From: the human T2T-CHM13v2.0 reference genome, Homo sapiens
Strand: one strand, 5' to 3'
Assembly: GCF_009914755.1 (NCBI RefSeq)
Contig: NC_060936.1
DNA length: 64,000 nt
A model generated the notes under the pieces. It did no database searches. It was not told the DNA's origin and saw only the letters and a program-made list of their open reading frames with translations. Position numbers and translations under genes: made by a program. Every line of letters starts with the position of its first letter. The stretch's first letter is position 1. Below, piece by piece: positions 35,291 to 57,566 of this stretch.

Positions 35291-38270
35291 AGAACGTAAT
35301 GTTGCAGGAACAGGAAGCAAAAATTTTGCTAGTGGATCCCTAGGGGTGATGATGAGTGATCGATCCACTTCCACCTCCAACCCTTGATTCCTGGACCCAT
35401 GAACGCTGGCTATAGGAGAAACAGTACCATATGTTGGATGCTGATTAAGAGCATACACAGCCTTCTGGAGAACTTTGCCCCAGCTCTGCAAAGTATTGTC
35501 ACCTAGTGGGCATTGTAATTGTGACTTCAAAAGGCCATTCCACCATTCTATCAATCCAGTTGCTTCAGGATTATGGGGAACATGGTAAGACCAGTGAATT
35601 CCATGAGCGTATGCCCACTGCTGCACTTCTTTAGCCATAAAGTGAGTGCCTTCGTCAGAGGCAATGCTGTGTGGAATACCATAACAGTGGATAAGGCATT
35701 CCGTGAGTCCATGGATGGTAGTCTTGGCAGAAGCATTGCACACAGGATAGGCAAACCCATATCCAGAGTAAGTGTCTATTCCAAGGAGGACAAACCTCTG
35801 CCCTTTCCATGATGGAAGAGGTCCAATATAATCAACCTGCCACCAGGTAGCTGGCTGATCACCCCAAAGAATGGTGCCATATCAAGGGCTCAGTGTTGGT
35901 CTCTGCTGCTGGCAAATTGGGCACTCAGCAGTGGCTGTAGCCAGGTCAGCCTTGGTGAGTGGAAGTCCATGGTGCTGAGCCCATGTATAACCTCCATCCC
36001 TGCCACCATGGCCACTTTGTTCATGGGACCATTGGGCAATCACTGGAGTGGCTGGGGAAAGAAGCTGAGTGGCGTCCACAGAACAGGTCATCCTATCTAC
36101 TTGATTATTAAACTCCTCCTCCGCTGAGGTCACCTGTTGGTGAGCACTCACATGGCATACAAATATCTTCACAGTTTTTGATCACTCAGAGGGGTCCACC
36201 CACATACCTCTTCCCCAGATTTCTTTGTCACCAATTTTCCAATCATTCTTCTTCCTGACCATCCAGCCAAACCATTGGTTATAGCCCATGAATCAGTATG
36301 TAATCTCACATCTGGCCATTTCTCCTTCCATGCAAAGTGCACAACCAGGTGCACTGCTCAAAGTTTTGCCCATTGGGAAGATCTCCCTTCACCACTGACC
36401 TTCAGGGATGTCTTAGAATGGGGCTGTAGTGCTGCAGCTGTCTACTTTCACATGGTGCCGCCATATCATGCAGAACCATCTGTGAACCAGGCCCTAGTCC
36501 TCTCTTCCTCTGTCAACTGATCAAAGGGAACTCCCCATGAGGCCATCAGTGAAGGCTGGGGAAGAGAAGGCAGGGTGGCAGGAGTGGTGACCATGGGCAT
36601 TTGAGCCACCTCCTTATGTAACTTACTTGTGCCTTCAGGACCTGTTCGAACCCAGTCACGTATATACCACTTCCATTTGATGAAGTGTGCACAGCACACT
36701 TCCAATGCTGCTGTGCATGACCCACTTTATGGCTAGATGGGTCAGAAAGCACCCAGTTCATGATAGGCAGTTCAGGTCTCATGGTGACTTACTTGATGAC
36801 CCATAGTCAAACGTTCTGTTTCCACCAAAGCCCAGTAACAGGCCAACAGCTGTCTCTTAAAAAAAGAGTAGTTATCTGCGGAAGATGGCAGGGCCCTGCT
36901 CCAAAATCCTAGAGGCCTTAGGCCTATGGGAGGCTGCCAAGGGCTCCAAACAGCATCCCTGTATGCCACTAACACCTCAAGCACCATTGGCTCTGCTGGG
37001 TCATATGGCTCAAATGGCAGAGCAGCTTGCACAGCAGCCTGGACCTGTTGCAGAGCCTTCTCCTGTTCCGAACCCCACTCAAAACTGACAGCCTTTCATG
37101 TCACTCAATAAATGGGCCAGAATAACACACCCAAATGAGGAATGTGTTGCCTCCAAAATCCAAATAGGCCCACTAGATGTTGTGCCTCTTTCTTGGTTGT
37201 AGGAGGGGCCAAATACAGCAACTTCTTCTTTACCTTAGAAGAAATATCTTGACAGACCCCACACTGCTGGACCCCTAGAAATTCTACTGAGGTAGAAGTT
37301 CCCTGAATTTTAGACAGATTTATTTCCTATCCTCTGGCACACAAATGTCTCACCAATAAGTCTAGTGAGTTTGCTACTTCTTGTTCACTGCATCCAATCA
37401 GCACAATGTCATCCATGTAATAGACCAGTGTGATATCTTGCGGATGTGAAAAGCTATCAAGTTCTCTCCGAATAAGATTATGATACAAAGCAGAGAGTTG
37501 ATAAACCCCTGAGGTAGGACAGTAAAAGTATATTGCTATCTTTGCCACCTGAAGGCAAATTGCTTCTGGTGGGCCTTATGAAAAGGAATGGAAAAAAAGG
37601 CATTTGCAAAGTCAGTGGCTGCACACCAGTACCAGGATACGTGTTAATTTGCTCAAGCAATGAAACCACACCTGGTACAGCAGCTCAAATTGGAGTCACC
37701 ACTTGCTTAAGCTTATGATAATCCACTGTCATTCTCCAAGATCCAGCTGTCCTCTGCACAGGCCAAATAGGAGAGTTGAACAGAGATGTGGTGGCAATCA
37801 TCACCCCTGCGTCTTTGAAGTCCTTGACGGTGGCAATAATTTCCGCGATCTCTCCATGGATGCAATATTGTTTTGATTTACTATTTTTCTAGGTAGAGGC
37901 AGCTCTAATGGCTTCCATTCGGCCTTTCCCACCATAATAGCTGTCACCCTACCAGTCAGGGAGCCAATATGGGGGCTCTGCCAGCTGCTAACCTAACATA
38001 ATTGTCTCTGCCAGTTATGCATTCTGGCACTGGGGAAATGACCACAGGATGAGTCCGGGACCTACTAGACCCACTGTAAGTCAGATCTGAGCTAAAACCC
38101 TATTAATTACGTTACCTCCATAAGCCCTTACTTTAACTGGAGGATCGCAATGATGTTTTGGGTCCCCTGGAATCAAAGTCAGTTCAGAGCCAGTGTCCAG
38201 TAATCCCCGAAATGTCTGATCATTTCCTTTCCCCAATGCACAGTTACCCTGGTGAAAGGCCAGAGGTCTC
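35290..38270 (-). pseudogene. pol: HERV-L pro-pol (protease, RT, RNase H, integrase), disrupted
   Basis: LLDTGSE (~38181-38203), YMDD (37408-37419), WFTDGSA, HHCC (HEQSGH..CPIC), WQVD..ASD-35-E; multiple frameshifts and stops. Confidence 0.92.
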
Positions 38271-39079
38271 CTTGGGGAAGGATGGGAGAAAGATTCACTG
38301 CATAAATTGTTGGTAATGTAGTGCGGTCCTTCCTCAAGGGGACCCAGACTCGCCTTCATTCAAGGCGTTCTGGGTCTGTAAACTGGCTCAAATTGGAAAA
38401 CTGATTGAGGGGTCATGATTCTCTGTTTTTATAATTCAAATAAGTCTTGTCCCTTTGACCTAGAAGTTTTCTGTTTGTATAATTTAAGTAGGAATGCAGT
38501 AGGCTTCCTATCAATTTCACTTCTAGGAACGCCAAGATTAATTAGCCGATGCCAGAGCTCTACAGAAGTCAGTCTATGCTGATTGCCACTTTGCCTCTGC
38601 TTTCCTTTATGGTAGCTATACCCGCCTTGCCTTTGACAGTTGGCACTTGGCCCCTGCCACTTCAGGATCCAATTATTCCCATTGTATTTAAATTTTGTAG
38701 TCGAGTGACTACAGCTGCCACTGTTAGATATGACATACAGTGAAGGGCAATTACAGGACTCTTCAAAGATGCAAGTGCTGTCCTCACGAATCTATTTCAC
38801 AAGGCATTGGTCAAGGGTATATCTTCTGGACCCTCCCAGCTAGGATGAGCAGGTCTAAGATGACTAATCCACTCCACCATCCCAATCTCCCTAAGCTTTT
38901 GGATCCCTTCCTCTACATTAAACCAAGGGAGATCAGGCATTTCCAGTTCAGTGGGCCATCTTTTAAGCCATATTTCAGCTAACCAAGCAAATAAACTATT
39001 AGAATCTTTTTTAACTCCCTAACCTGATCGAGCTCTATGTTCCTTCTACCATTACCCCATACCCTTAATGTCCATTCCT

Positions 39080-39385
39080 GGCCAGGCACGGTGGCTCATG
39101 CCTGTAATCCCAGCAGTTTGGGAGGCTGAGGTGGACATTTCACCTTAAGTCAGGAGTTTGAGACCAGCCTGGCCAACATGGTGAAACACTGTATTTACTA
39201 AAAATACCAAAATTAGCCTGGCTTCATGGCATATGCCTGTATTCCCAGCTACTCAGGAGGCTGAGGCAAGAGAATCGCTTGAATCTGGGAGGTGGAGGGA
39301 GGTGGAGGTTGCAGTGAGCCGAAATTGTGCCATTGCACTCTGGCCTGGGTGACAGAGTGAGACTCTTTCTCAAAACAAAAAAAAA
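39080..39385 (+). mobile_element. Alu inside HERV-L gag
   Basis: Full dimer; TSD TCCATTCC. Confidence 0.95.
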
Positions 39386-40043
39386 TCCATTCCCATGCCT
39401 GTTCTCCAGGTTGCTATTTATATAAATTAGAGAACTCAAACAGTTCTTTTCTTTTCGCATATAGTACACCTCCTGATGGGTCACACTCTCAACCTCACTT
39501 CTAGGGCCCTGCTGGGACTTTAGTCTAGTTATAGGTCTAGAAGCAAACAGACATACTAGGGGTTGCTTCTGAGGGGAATCAACATTATCTTGCCTGGCAA
39601 CTGCCTCAGGGGAGGCCATCATTGTTGTCCAAGAAGCGCAAGGTTTATCTTCTCAGACAAAGGTGGAAAGACGGCCTGGGCCAGGGAGGGGATGTTGCCA
39701 CTACTGGGGATGGGGAAGCTGTTCTTTCTGGGAAAAAAAGTTAATTTGAGTTTACAAACTCAGTTTTCCTCAGCTTCATCAGGGTTCTCCCACACGTCCT
39801 CATTCCAAGTATCAGGGTCTTATTTTTTTCCAATTAATGCCCTTGCTTTAACAGTAGGCACCTGGTGAGGCTGTGCATGCGTCTTTTGTTGCAGGTCAGC
39901 CACTCACTCGCATGATAAGAGTTTGTGTCTGTTTTTGCACAATTTCAGCTCTTTGTCTGCAGGAGGTAAGACTCTCACTCAGGGCAATCTTAGCAGATTT
40001 GATTCTCAGTATCTGCTTCTGAAGCCAGAGACAGAATCCCTGA

Positions 40044-40315
<272 letters not shown>

Positions 40316-40645
40316 AGAGTTCATCATTTTCTTTCATCACTTTTTCCACTGAAATTAGGAGCAAACAATCAGCTTCATTATGTTCCTTGGTTCTCCACAT
40401 ATTGTCAAAGGTATTATGTATAGGGTGACAAAACTCCTTGCCTCTCACGAGCGCTGAATCAGGAGTGTCAAATGCATTTATTTTGTATAACTCTCTAAAC
40501 AGTTTCTTCCAAGGACTATCAGTGTTTTCCATACTATTAGAAGTAGAGTCCTTAGCATTTTGGGGGCTAATCATATTAAGTGGCCAACTCCAGAAACTCC
40601 AAAACCAATAAAAGAACTCCATCCTTAATATTCTGTTCCTCTAGA

Positions 40646-40661
40646 ACTACTCCTGGTAGCA
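40646..40661 (-). other. Primer binding site (tRNA-Leu)
   Basis: Minus strand TGCTACCAGGAGTAGT resembles TGGTACCAGGAGTGGG (complement of a tRNA-Leu 3' end), 5 nt after the 5' LTR. Confidence 0.8.
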
Positions 40662-40666
40662 AAATC

Positions 40667-41109
40667 TGTATTAGTCAGGGTTCTCTTGGAGGGACAGAAC
40701 TAATAGGATATGTATATCCTATTGGGGGAGTTTATTAAGTATTAACTTTCACAATCACGAGGTCTAACAATAGGCTGTCTGAAGGCTGAGGAACAAGGAG
40801 AGCCAGTCTGAGTCCCAGAACTGAAGAACTTGGATTCCGATGTTTGAGGGCAGGAAGCATGCAGCATGGAAGAGAGATGTAGCTGGGAGACTAGGCCCAT
40901 CTCTCCTTTTCACATTTTTCTGCCTACTTTATGTTTGCTGGCAGCTGATTAGATTGCATCCACCAGATTAAGGGTGGATCTGATTTCCCCCAGCCCACTG
41001 ACTCAAATGTTAATCTCTTTTGGCAACACCCATATAGACACACTCAGGATTAATACTTTGTATCCCTCAAGCCAATCAAGTTGCTTAACACTCAGTATTA
41101 ACCATTACA
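40667..41109 (-). mobile_element. HERV-L 5' LTR (MLT2A-like)
   Basis: Diverged direct repeat of 33747-34177. Confidence 0.92.
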
Positions 41110-41789
41110 GCTCCCTAGAAAATAAACGGTTAAAATAAACACAATTAGGAATGATGAAGTGATACTACTACTGACCCTACAGAAATAAAAATATTTATTA
41201 GAAACTACTACAAACGCCTCTATGCACACAAACTAGAAAACTTAGAAGAGATGAATAAATTCTTGAACACATACACCCACCCAAGACTGAACCTGAAAGA
41301 AATTGATTCCCTTAACAGACCAATAATGAGCTCCAAAATTGAATCACTAATAAATAGTCTACCAAGCAAAAAAAGCCCAGGACCTGATGGATTCACAGAT
41401 AAATTTGACTAGATGTACAAAGAAGAGCTGGTACCATTCCTACAGAACTATTCCAAAAAATTGAGGGGAAGGAACTCCTCCCCAGCTCTTTCTATGAGGC
41501 CAGCATTTTCCTGATATCAAAACCTGGCAGAATAAAAGTAAATAACAAACAACAACAACAACAAAAACCGTCAGAGACACAACAGAAAAAGAAAACTTGA
41601 GGCCAATATCCTTGATGAAGATTGATGCAAAAATCCTCAACAAGTACTTGCAAACTGAATCCAGTAGCATATTAAAATGCTAATTCTCCGCAGTTGTGTA
41701 GGCTTCATCTCTGGGATGCATGATTGGTTGAATATGTATAAATCAATAAATGTGATTCATCACATAAACAGAACTAAAGACACATCCAC

Positions 41790-42380
41790 ATGATTATCTC
41801 AATAGATGCAGGAAAGGCGTTCAATAAAATTCAACATCCCCTCATGTTAAAAACTCTCAATAAAATAGGTATTGAAGGAACATACTTCAAAATAATAAGA
41901 GCCATCTATGACAATCCTACAACCAAGTTCATAGTGAATGGACAAAAGCTGGAAGCATTCCCCTTGAAAACTGGCACAAGACAAGGATGCCCTCTCTCAC
42001 TACTCCTATTCAACATAGTATTGGAAGTCTTAGCCCTAGCAATCAAGCAAGAGAAAGAAATAAATGGCATCCAAATAGGAAGAGAGGAAGTCAAACTATT
42101 TTTGTTTGCAGATGACATGATTCTATATCTAGGGAACTCCATAGTGTCAGCCCAAAAGCTTCTTAGGCTGATTAAAAACTTCAGCAAAGTTTCCGAATAC
42201 AAAATCAATGTAAAAAAATCACTAGCATTACTATACACCAACAGCACCAAGCCAAGAGGCCAAATCAGGAAGGCAATCCCATTCACAATTGCCAGAAAAA
42301 GAATAAAATACCTAGGAATACAGCTCTCCAGGGAGGTGAAAGATCTCTACAATGAGAATTACAAAACCCTGCTCATATAA
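41790..42380 (+). pseudogene. L1 ORF2 reverse transcriptase core remnant
   Basis: [17 protein letters not shown]...GTRQGCPLS...[10 protein letters not shown]...IKYLGIQL; premature stop at 42378-42380. Confidence 0.9.
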
Positions 42381-42928
42381 ATCAGAGAAGACACTAACAA
42401 ACAGAAAAACATCCCATGCTCATGTATAGGCAAAATCAATATCATTAAAATGGCCATACTGCCCAAAACCATTTAAAGAGTCAGTGCTATTTCTGTCAAA
42501 CTACTAATGACATTCTTCACAGAACTAGAAAAAATTACCTTAAAATTCACATGGGACCAAAAAAGGCCCAAATAGCCAAGGCAATCCTAAGCAAAAAAGA
42601 ACAAAGCTGGAGGCATCATGTTACCTGACTTCAAACTATACTACAGGGCTACAGTAACCAAAACAGCATGGTACTGGTACAAAAACAGGCACACAGACAA
42701 TGGAACAGAATACAGAGTTCAGAAGTAAGGCCACACACCTGTGGCCATCTCATCTTCAACAAAGTTGATAAAAACAAGCAATGGGAAAAGACTCCCTATT
42801 CAGTAAATGATGCTGGGATAACTGTCTAGCCATATGCAGAAGATTGAAGCTAGAGCCCTTCCTTATGCCATATACAAAAATCAACTAAAGATGGATTAAA
42901 GACTGAAATGTAGAAACTAAAACTATAT

Positions 42929-43419
<491 letters not shown>

Positions 43420-43673
43420 CTATGCATCTGACAAATGTCTGATATCCAGCATCTATAAGGAAGTTAAACTAATTTACAAGAGAAAAACAACCCCATTAAA
43501 AAGTGTGCAAAGGACTTGAACAGATACTTTTCAAAAGAAGACATGCATGTGGCCAATAAGCATATTTAAAAAAAAGCTAAATATTACTGATTATTAGAGA
43601 AATGCGAATCAAAATCACAATGAGATACCATCTCACACCAATCAGAATGGCTACTATTAAAAAGTCAAAAAAT

Positions 43674-44337
<664 letters not shown>

Positions 44338-44438
44338 TGGTTATAGCTTGGCTGCTTATTAATCAAAGTGACAATGAAATCATTTAAACATGACAGAAGG
44401 TAACATAATTGCAGGAAAACATAGCAGTTTCAGGGTGA

Positions 44439-44804
44439 TGTCTTAGTCCACTTCCTGCTGCTATAACAGAATAGTGCATATTAGGTAATTTATAAATAAA
44501 TTTGTTTATTTGGCTTATGGTTCTGGAGGTGAGAACTCCAAGATCTGGGGCCACATCTGATGAGGGCCTTCTTGCCATGTCATAACATGGCAGATGGCAT
44601 CACATGGCAAAGAACCATAAGACACACAGAGAAAAAGGCAGCTGAACTTTCACAATAACTCAATCCCACAATAATGGCAGTAATCTGCTCATGAACATAA
44701 ACCCTCATGACATAATTACCTCTTGAAGGTCCCATCCCTTAATACTGTCATGATGGTAATTCAATTTCCACATGATTTTTGGAGGGAACATTGAAACCAC
44801 AGCA
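44439..44804 (-). mobile_element. MaLR LTR (MST-like)
   Basis: TGTCTTAGTCC..CTGCTGCTATAACAGAATA...GGAGGGAACATTGAAACCACAGCA. Confidence 0.8.
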
Positions 44805-44909
44805 GAGAAACTAAAAAATAGAACAGTAATAAATAAGACAGCACAAAGCACAGAGCATGATTTTGGAGAGATGCCAAGTCTCATTACACTTTTTTTTTTT
44901 TTTTTTTTT

Positions 44910-45288
44910 TAGAAATAGAAATCTATCCTAAAATTCACATGGGGAAGATAAAGAGAAGTTGACTAGTGGTTACATATTGACAGTTTGATAGAAAAAAATA
45001 AAGCCTAGTGTCAGACAGTAGGGTCACTATAGTTTACAGTAGTCAATTGTACATTTAAAAATCACTAGAAGAGAAGAATTTAAATGTTTCTAGCATAAAG
45101 AAATAACAAATATTTAAGGTGATAAATATTTTAAGCACACTGATTTGATCTTTACAAATTAAATGAATGTATTAAATTACCACATGTAACTTGAAAATAT
45201 GTACATTTATCATGTATCAGTTGAAAAAATTTACATGCAATGTTAAGGAACCCTGAATAGCCAAAGCAATCTTAAAAAAGAATAAATT
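44910..45288 (+). mobile_element. L1MA-like 3' end nested in an L1M ORF2 fragment
   Basis: Insert ~44942-45225 flanked by AAAATTCACATG / AAAATTTACATG; host reads ATCCTAAAATTCACATG...CCCTGAATAGCCAAAGCAATCTT. Confidence 0.7.
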
Positions 45289-45602
<314 letters not shown>

Positions 45603-45877
45603 CTAGAGGAAGAAGAAAGGACCTGCCCCTTTGTATCTGCTTGTGCTTCCTGTGAACATCATGCCAGCAATGCTTCTTTACACTTGCCATGGCAGTTTCT
45701 TATTATAACATCAACTCCCTCTAGTTTGCAGTTTTTCTAACAGGGGCATAATGAATTTCCATGTACCTCCAATACCCTCAGAGACATCAGCACCAGCTGA
45801 CTGGCACTCCTTCAGCATCCCTTCAGAAGTCTGGATTTTAGCTCCACAGAACCTCTCCTTTAAATTTCTAAGTTTTA

Positions 45878-46479
<602 letters not shown>

Positions 46480-46784
46480 AATTTCTAAGTTTTAATAATT
46501 CCAACCTCTTCCCTTTGTTGTTTTAGTGCTGGGGTGTTAGCTGCTTATTGCAACTGCCACTTCCATGATATCTCAGAGTTGTCTTTTTATCTTTTTTCCA
46601 TGGCTAGTTAAGAAATTCATACTTAGTAATAATTTTTATATTAAATCCATTTTTTCGAGTTTTCTATTTTCTGATCAGCCCTTAATACATATAAGGATAG
46701 ACCTTACTTTGTATGGTAGTACAGGATCATACAAATAATTGGGGAAGCCAAAACCAAGCAAAGTCATCTTACCAATCAATGGAT

Positions 46785-46915
46785 ATAGCAAGATGAAAAA
46801 GTTCTAGAGATTGCTTCACAACAATGTGAATACACTTAACATTACTGAACTGTATGCTTAAAAATGGTTACGATGGTAAATTTTGTTATGTGTTTTTTAC
46901 CATAATAAAAAAAAG
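46785..46915 (+). mobile_element. L1MB-like 3' end
   Basis: GATGAAAAAGTTCTAGAGAT...ACAACAATGTGAATACACTTAAC...AAAATGGTTACGATGGTAAATTTTG. Confidence 0.8.
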
Positions 46916-46960
46916 TGGAAAAAATAACAATTGTCTTTTGACCTTCAAAAAATTTTATCA

Positions 46961-47134
<174 letters not shown>

Positions 47135-47551
47135 CTAAATGTATATAGGGGAAAAAAAGAAATGAAAAATATTTTTAGTACACCATACTTCAAAATATTA
47201 GAAACATTGAGAAACTACAGTGTTATATTTATTTGTAAAAAAAAAAAAAAAAAAGTATCAAGAGTAGTTTGAACACGGAGCTCATATCCAAGGATAATCT
47301 TCTGGTACAAAAAAAAAAAGAGTAGTTTCTACAGTGGTTGTCATCTTCTTTTGTCATATAACTTACAATATGGAGGAACATATTTTCCATGCCTTGGAAA
47401 ACTGTAATGTACCCTTCTTAGTTTGATAAGCTTCCAACATTTTATCTTTTGTGCTTTCAAGGTTATATCTCCAAGATTTTATTTTAACATGAAGATTTTT
47501 TTGATAGCATCACTTTCTCTGAGACGTAGCCATCCTTTTTTTTTTTTTTAA

Positions 47552-47891
<340 letters not shown>

Positions 47892-48387
47892 TCATTTTCT
47901 TAATTATGTCAATAAACTCACTATTTACTAAGTTCCTCTGGCTGCGTATGTAGAATCTCGTTAATGGTAGCAATGTGAACATCCCTGAAGTCAGCTATTT
48001 CTTCTATAACTCCATTATGTTTGATTTGCATTTCACTTCTGGCATCATCAACTTTAGTTTCTTTGCTGCACTTTCATCTTTGTTGGCCAACTTCCTTTTT
48101 TGATTTTCTATTTTTGTAAAATGCTATATAGGTTTATCACTGGAGAGAAGAAAGCAACACAACTACATGCTTTGGTGTCTGTGGGTGAAATGAACAGAGG
48201 CACAATGATCAATCACTGACAGATTTTGAAAGAAGAGATACGATAGATCCCTGATTATCATGTGCATGTTTTATTTACATAGTGATTTTTGGACTAAACA
48301 GCAGCAAAAGTTTTACTTCATGCACTTATTCCCAATTAATATACCATCATAAGTGAAATTGAGCCATGTTGTTGGGGCACTGGTATT

Positions 48388-48667
48388 ATTTTTTTAGACA
48401 GAGTCTCGCCCTGTAGCCCAGGCTGGAGTGTAATGGTGTGATCTCGGCTCACTGAACCCTCCGCCTCCTGGGTTCACGTGATTCTCCTGACTCAGCCTGC
48501 TGAGCAGCTGGGACTACAGGCACTCGCCACCACGCCCAGATAATTTTTGTGTCTTTAGTAGAGGTGGAGTTGCACAATGTTGGCCATGCTGTTCTTGAGC
48601 TCCTGACCTCGTGATCCTCAGCCTCCAAAAGTGCTGGGATTACAGGCGTGAGCCACCGCACCTGGCC
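48388..48667 (-). mobile_element. Alu (AluS-like)
   Basis: TSD GGGCACTGGTATTATTT. Confidence 0.95.
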
Positions 48668-48699
48668 CTGGGCACTGGTATTATTTAACTAAACCTTGC

Positions 48700-49108
48700 T
48701 GTTATCTGTTGGATTGTGACCCCAAAAAACAATTTGAGTCCTTACTCTCAGAACCTCTGAATGTGAACTTATTTGAAAATAGGGTCGTTTCATATGTAAT
48801 TAGTTAATATGAGGTCATAGTTGAGTAGGGTGGGGCCTTAGTCCAATATGAATAACATCTTTATAAGACAGTGTGAAGATAAGAGAAAAAGACCATGTGA
48901 AGATAGAGGCCGAGATTGGAGTTATGCAGCTATAAGCCAAGAAACCCTTAGAGCTACCAGGAACTAGAAAGAGGAAAGGAAGGAGACAGACTTGCCAGCA
49001 CCTTGATATCAGACTTCTGGTCTTTACAACTATGAGAGAAGAAATTTTTATTGTTTTAAGTCACTCCGTTTGTGATATTTTGTAACAGTGGCCCCAGGAA
49101 ACTAATAC
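48700..49108 (+). mobile_element. MaLR LTR (MLT1C-like)
   Basis: GAATGTGAACTTATTTGAAAATAGGGTC...CCCCAGGAAACTAATACA. Confidence 0.8.
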
Positions 49109-49117
49109 ACATGCTAA

Positions 49118-49500
<383 letters not shown>

Positions 49501-49975
49501 TATATATATGTATTTTAATCAAATTAGCTAACTGCTATTTCACAGAGAGAACCAGAAAGTAGGATATTGATACCTGTCACATGTAAGCATTTTAACAGGT
49601 TGGTGGAGCATATCTAAGGTGACCTTTATAGCCACACACACATCATTTTAACACTTTCTTAAGGTGGTGAAAATGAACACTTTCAGCTGCTTAACAACAT
49701 ATAAAATAAGAAGGAAAAGTATATATAAAAATTATATTTGATGACCAATGTTTCATTATTCTATCATATTTAGGTAATATCCAGGTTCAAATATGAACCA
49801 TTAATTAATAGTAGTAATTCAGTGTCTTAAAGTTCTTAAAGATTTGTCTCAAGACTAAGCATCCTGGAGATTAAGCTGACATAGTACAGAACATAATTAC
49901 TGTTGATATGAAAGTTTGTCAGTATTATAATTCAATTTAGTTGAATACATAATTTTATATATTTTATAATCTTAA

Positions 49976-50348
<373 letters not shown>

Positions 50349-50349
50349 A

Positions 50350-50651
50350 TTTTTTTTTTTTTTTTTTTGAGACTGAGTCTCACTCTGTCACACCGGCTGG
50401 AGTGCAGTGGTGCAATCTCGGCTCACTGCAACCTCTGCCTCCTAGGTTCAAGTGATTCTCCTGCCCCAGCCTCCTGAGTAGCTGGGACTACAGGCATGTG
50501 CCAACCATGCCCAGCTAATTTTTATAATTTTAGTAGAGACAGGGTTTCATCATGCTGGCTAGGCTGGTCTTAAACTCCTGACCTCAGGTGATCTGCCTGC
50601 CTCAGACTCCCAAAGTGCTGAGATTATAGGCATGAGCCACCACACCCGGTC
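50350..50651 (-). mobile_element. Alu (AluS-like)
   Basis: Antisense dimer. Confidence 0.95.
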
Positions 50652-50854
50652 ATATAGGCTATTTTAAACTATACACATGAAGACACATTAAGAACCTGCA
50701 GATTCCATTCCACAACCTTAGCCATGGGTAAAAAAATTAACACAGAGCACAGAAACTCACCAGTCCAGATATCCAGTTTTTCAGTGGGCACAAAATATTT
50801 GCTTACTTAATTTGAGTTCACAAATAATTAGACAAGCAAACAAAAAACAAGATT

Positions 50855-52212
<1,358 letters not shown>

Positions 52213-52228
52213 AAAAATAAATTAAATT

Positions 52229-53232
<1,004 letters not shown>

Positions 53233-53269
53233 TTAAGTGGCAACTATTTAAGGAAATAAAATGGGTGTA

Positions 53270-55400
<2,131 letters not shown>

Positions 55401-55434
55401 AATTTTGTTTTTTGGTAATTGTGAAAATTACTAA

Positions 55435-55779
<345 letters not shown>

Positions 55780-56135
55780 AGAACATCCGATTTTTCTCTT
55801 GGCACATGACTACTCGAAATAAAGATTGCTCTTCCTTATCTCTCTTTAAGCCATGTATGGCCATGTGACTAAGTTCTGACCAGTGGAGTATAAGCAGAAG
55901 TGTTGTTTGTGAAAATCCTTAAAGGGTGAGGGATGCTGGGGGAGGAACAAACCATTTTCACTTCCTCCTTTTCCTTGCTGACTGAAAAGTCATAATGTAT
56001 GTTCACTGTATATTTTGAGAGTATTCAATTGGTCCATAGAAGCTAGGACAAACAAGTGAGATATTTGAAACTCATATGAAGTATTAAGCCTACATATCAG
56101 GTAAACTACTAGCTTATAAGATACAGGTGAAACTT

Positions 56136-56265
56136 GGCTGGGCGCAGTGGCTCAGGCCTGCTCCCAGCACTTTGAGAGGAGAAAGCGGGTGGATCACTTG
56201 AAGTCAGGAGTTTGAGACCAGCCTGGCCAACATGACGAAACCCCATCTCTACTAAAAATACAAAT
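56136..56265 (+). mobile_element. Alu left arm only
   Basis: Ends at the linker and abuts an MLT1E-like fragment. Confidence 0.88.
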
Positions 56266-56267
56266 AC

Positions 56268-56530
56268 ACTTCAGCCTGTCAGCCTGTGCAAGGAAATGAA
56301 TTTTGCCAAGAATAAGAATGAGCTTGGAGGTGAATTTTTCCTTAGGATTTTCCTTAGACAAGAACTCAGTCCAGTTGAACCTTGACTTCAGCCTAGTGAT
56401 ACTTTGAGCAGAGAAACCAGTCATGCAGTGCCCAATGTCTAACCTATATAACTATGAGCTAGTAAATGGGTATTGCTTTAAGCTGCTAAAATTGTGGTAA
56501 TTTGTTACACAGAAATGGGAAACAAACACA
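56268..56530 (+). mobile_element. MaLR LTR 3' half (MLT1E-like)
   Basis: CAAGGAAATGAATTTTGCCAAG...TTTAAGCTGCTAAAATTGTGGTAATTTGTTACACAG. Confidence 0.75.
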
Positions 56531-56923
56531 ACTACTCATTAGTGATACTCATTATGGTGTCATTCTGGTCTCGTCTGTGCTCTACCCTAAAAACACAGAT
56601 GACACCCACAGCTGTTTAGCAGGTTAATTAGGGAGCTACAGTTGTAGTCAGGCATACTTGCCCTCCTTGCCTTTTGCTTATAGAGCAAATGAGTGAGTTG
56701 GTTCCAGGCACTCTCTGTCTGCTAGGCTCCCTTGTCCAAATCCCAATTCTGCTCCTCATGAGCATACCTTCAAAGGGAAGACTGATGTAGCAGAAACAAA
56801 GATAGGACCTGTACACATTTGGAAACCCATGATTCACATTATGTGGTCTTTTTGCCCCACCTGTATCCTATCCTAAGTATGTTTACCTGTTATCTCATTC
56901 CTTTATCCTTGTTGCTCAGTCTG

Positions 56924-57244
56924 TTTTTTTGTTGTTGTTGTTTTGTTTTTGTTTTTGTTTTTGAGACAAAGTGTTGCTCTGTCATCCAGGTTGCAGTGCT
57001 GTGGCTCGACCTTGGCTCACTGCCACCTTCGCCTTATGGGTTCAAGTGATTCTCCTGCCTCAGCCTCCCTGGTAGCTGGGACTACATGCATGTGGCACTA
57101 TGCCTGGCTAATTTTTGAATTTTTAGTAGAGATGGGGTTTCACCAGGTTGGCCAGGCTGGTCTTGAACTCCTGGCCTCAAGTGATCTGCCTGCCTTGGCC
57201 TCTCAAAGTGCTAGGATTACAGGAGTCAGCCACCACGCCTGGCC
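56924..57244 (-). mobile_element. Alu (AluS-like)
   Basis: Antisense dimer. Confidence 0.93.
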
Positions 57245-57249
57245 CAGTC

Positions 57250-57566
<317 letters not shown>

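Noticed and set aside
41790-42380. 196-aa reverse transcriptase ORF next to a retroviral integrase region, as a possible novel RT system
   Set aside because: It is ordinary decayed L1 ORF2 lying outside the HERV-L TSD and on the opposite strand; an independent insertion
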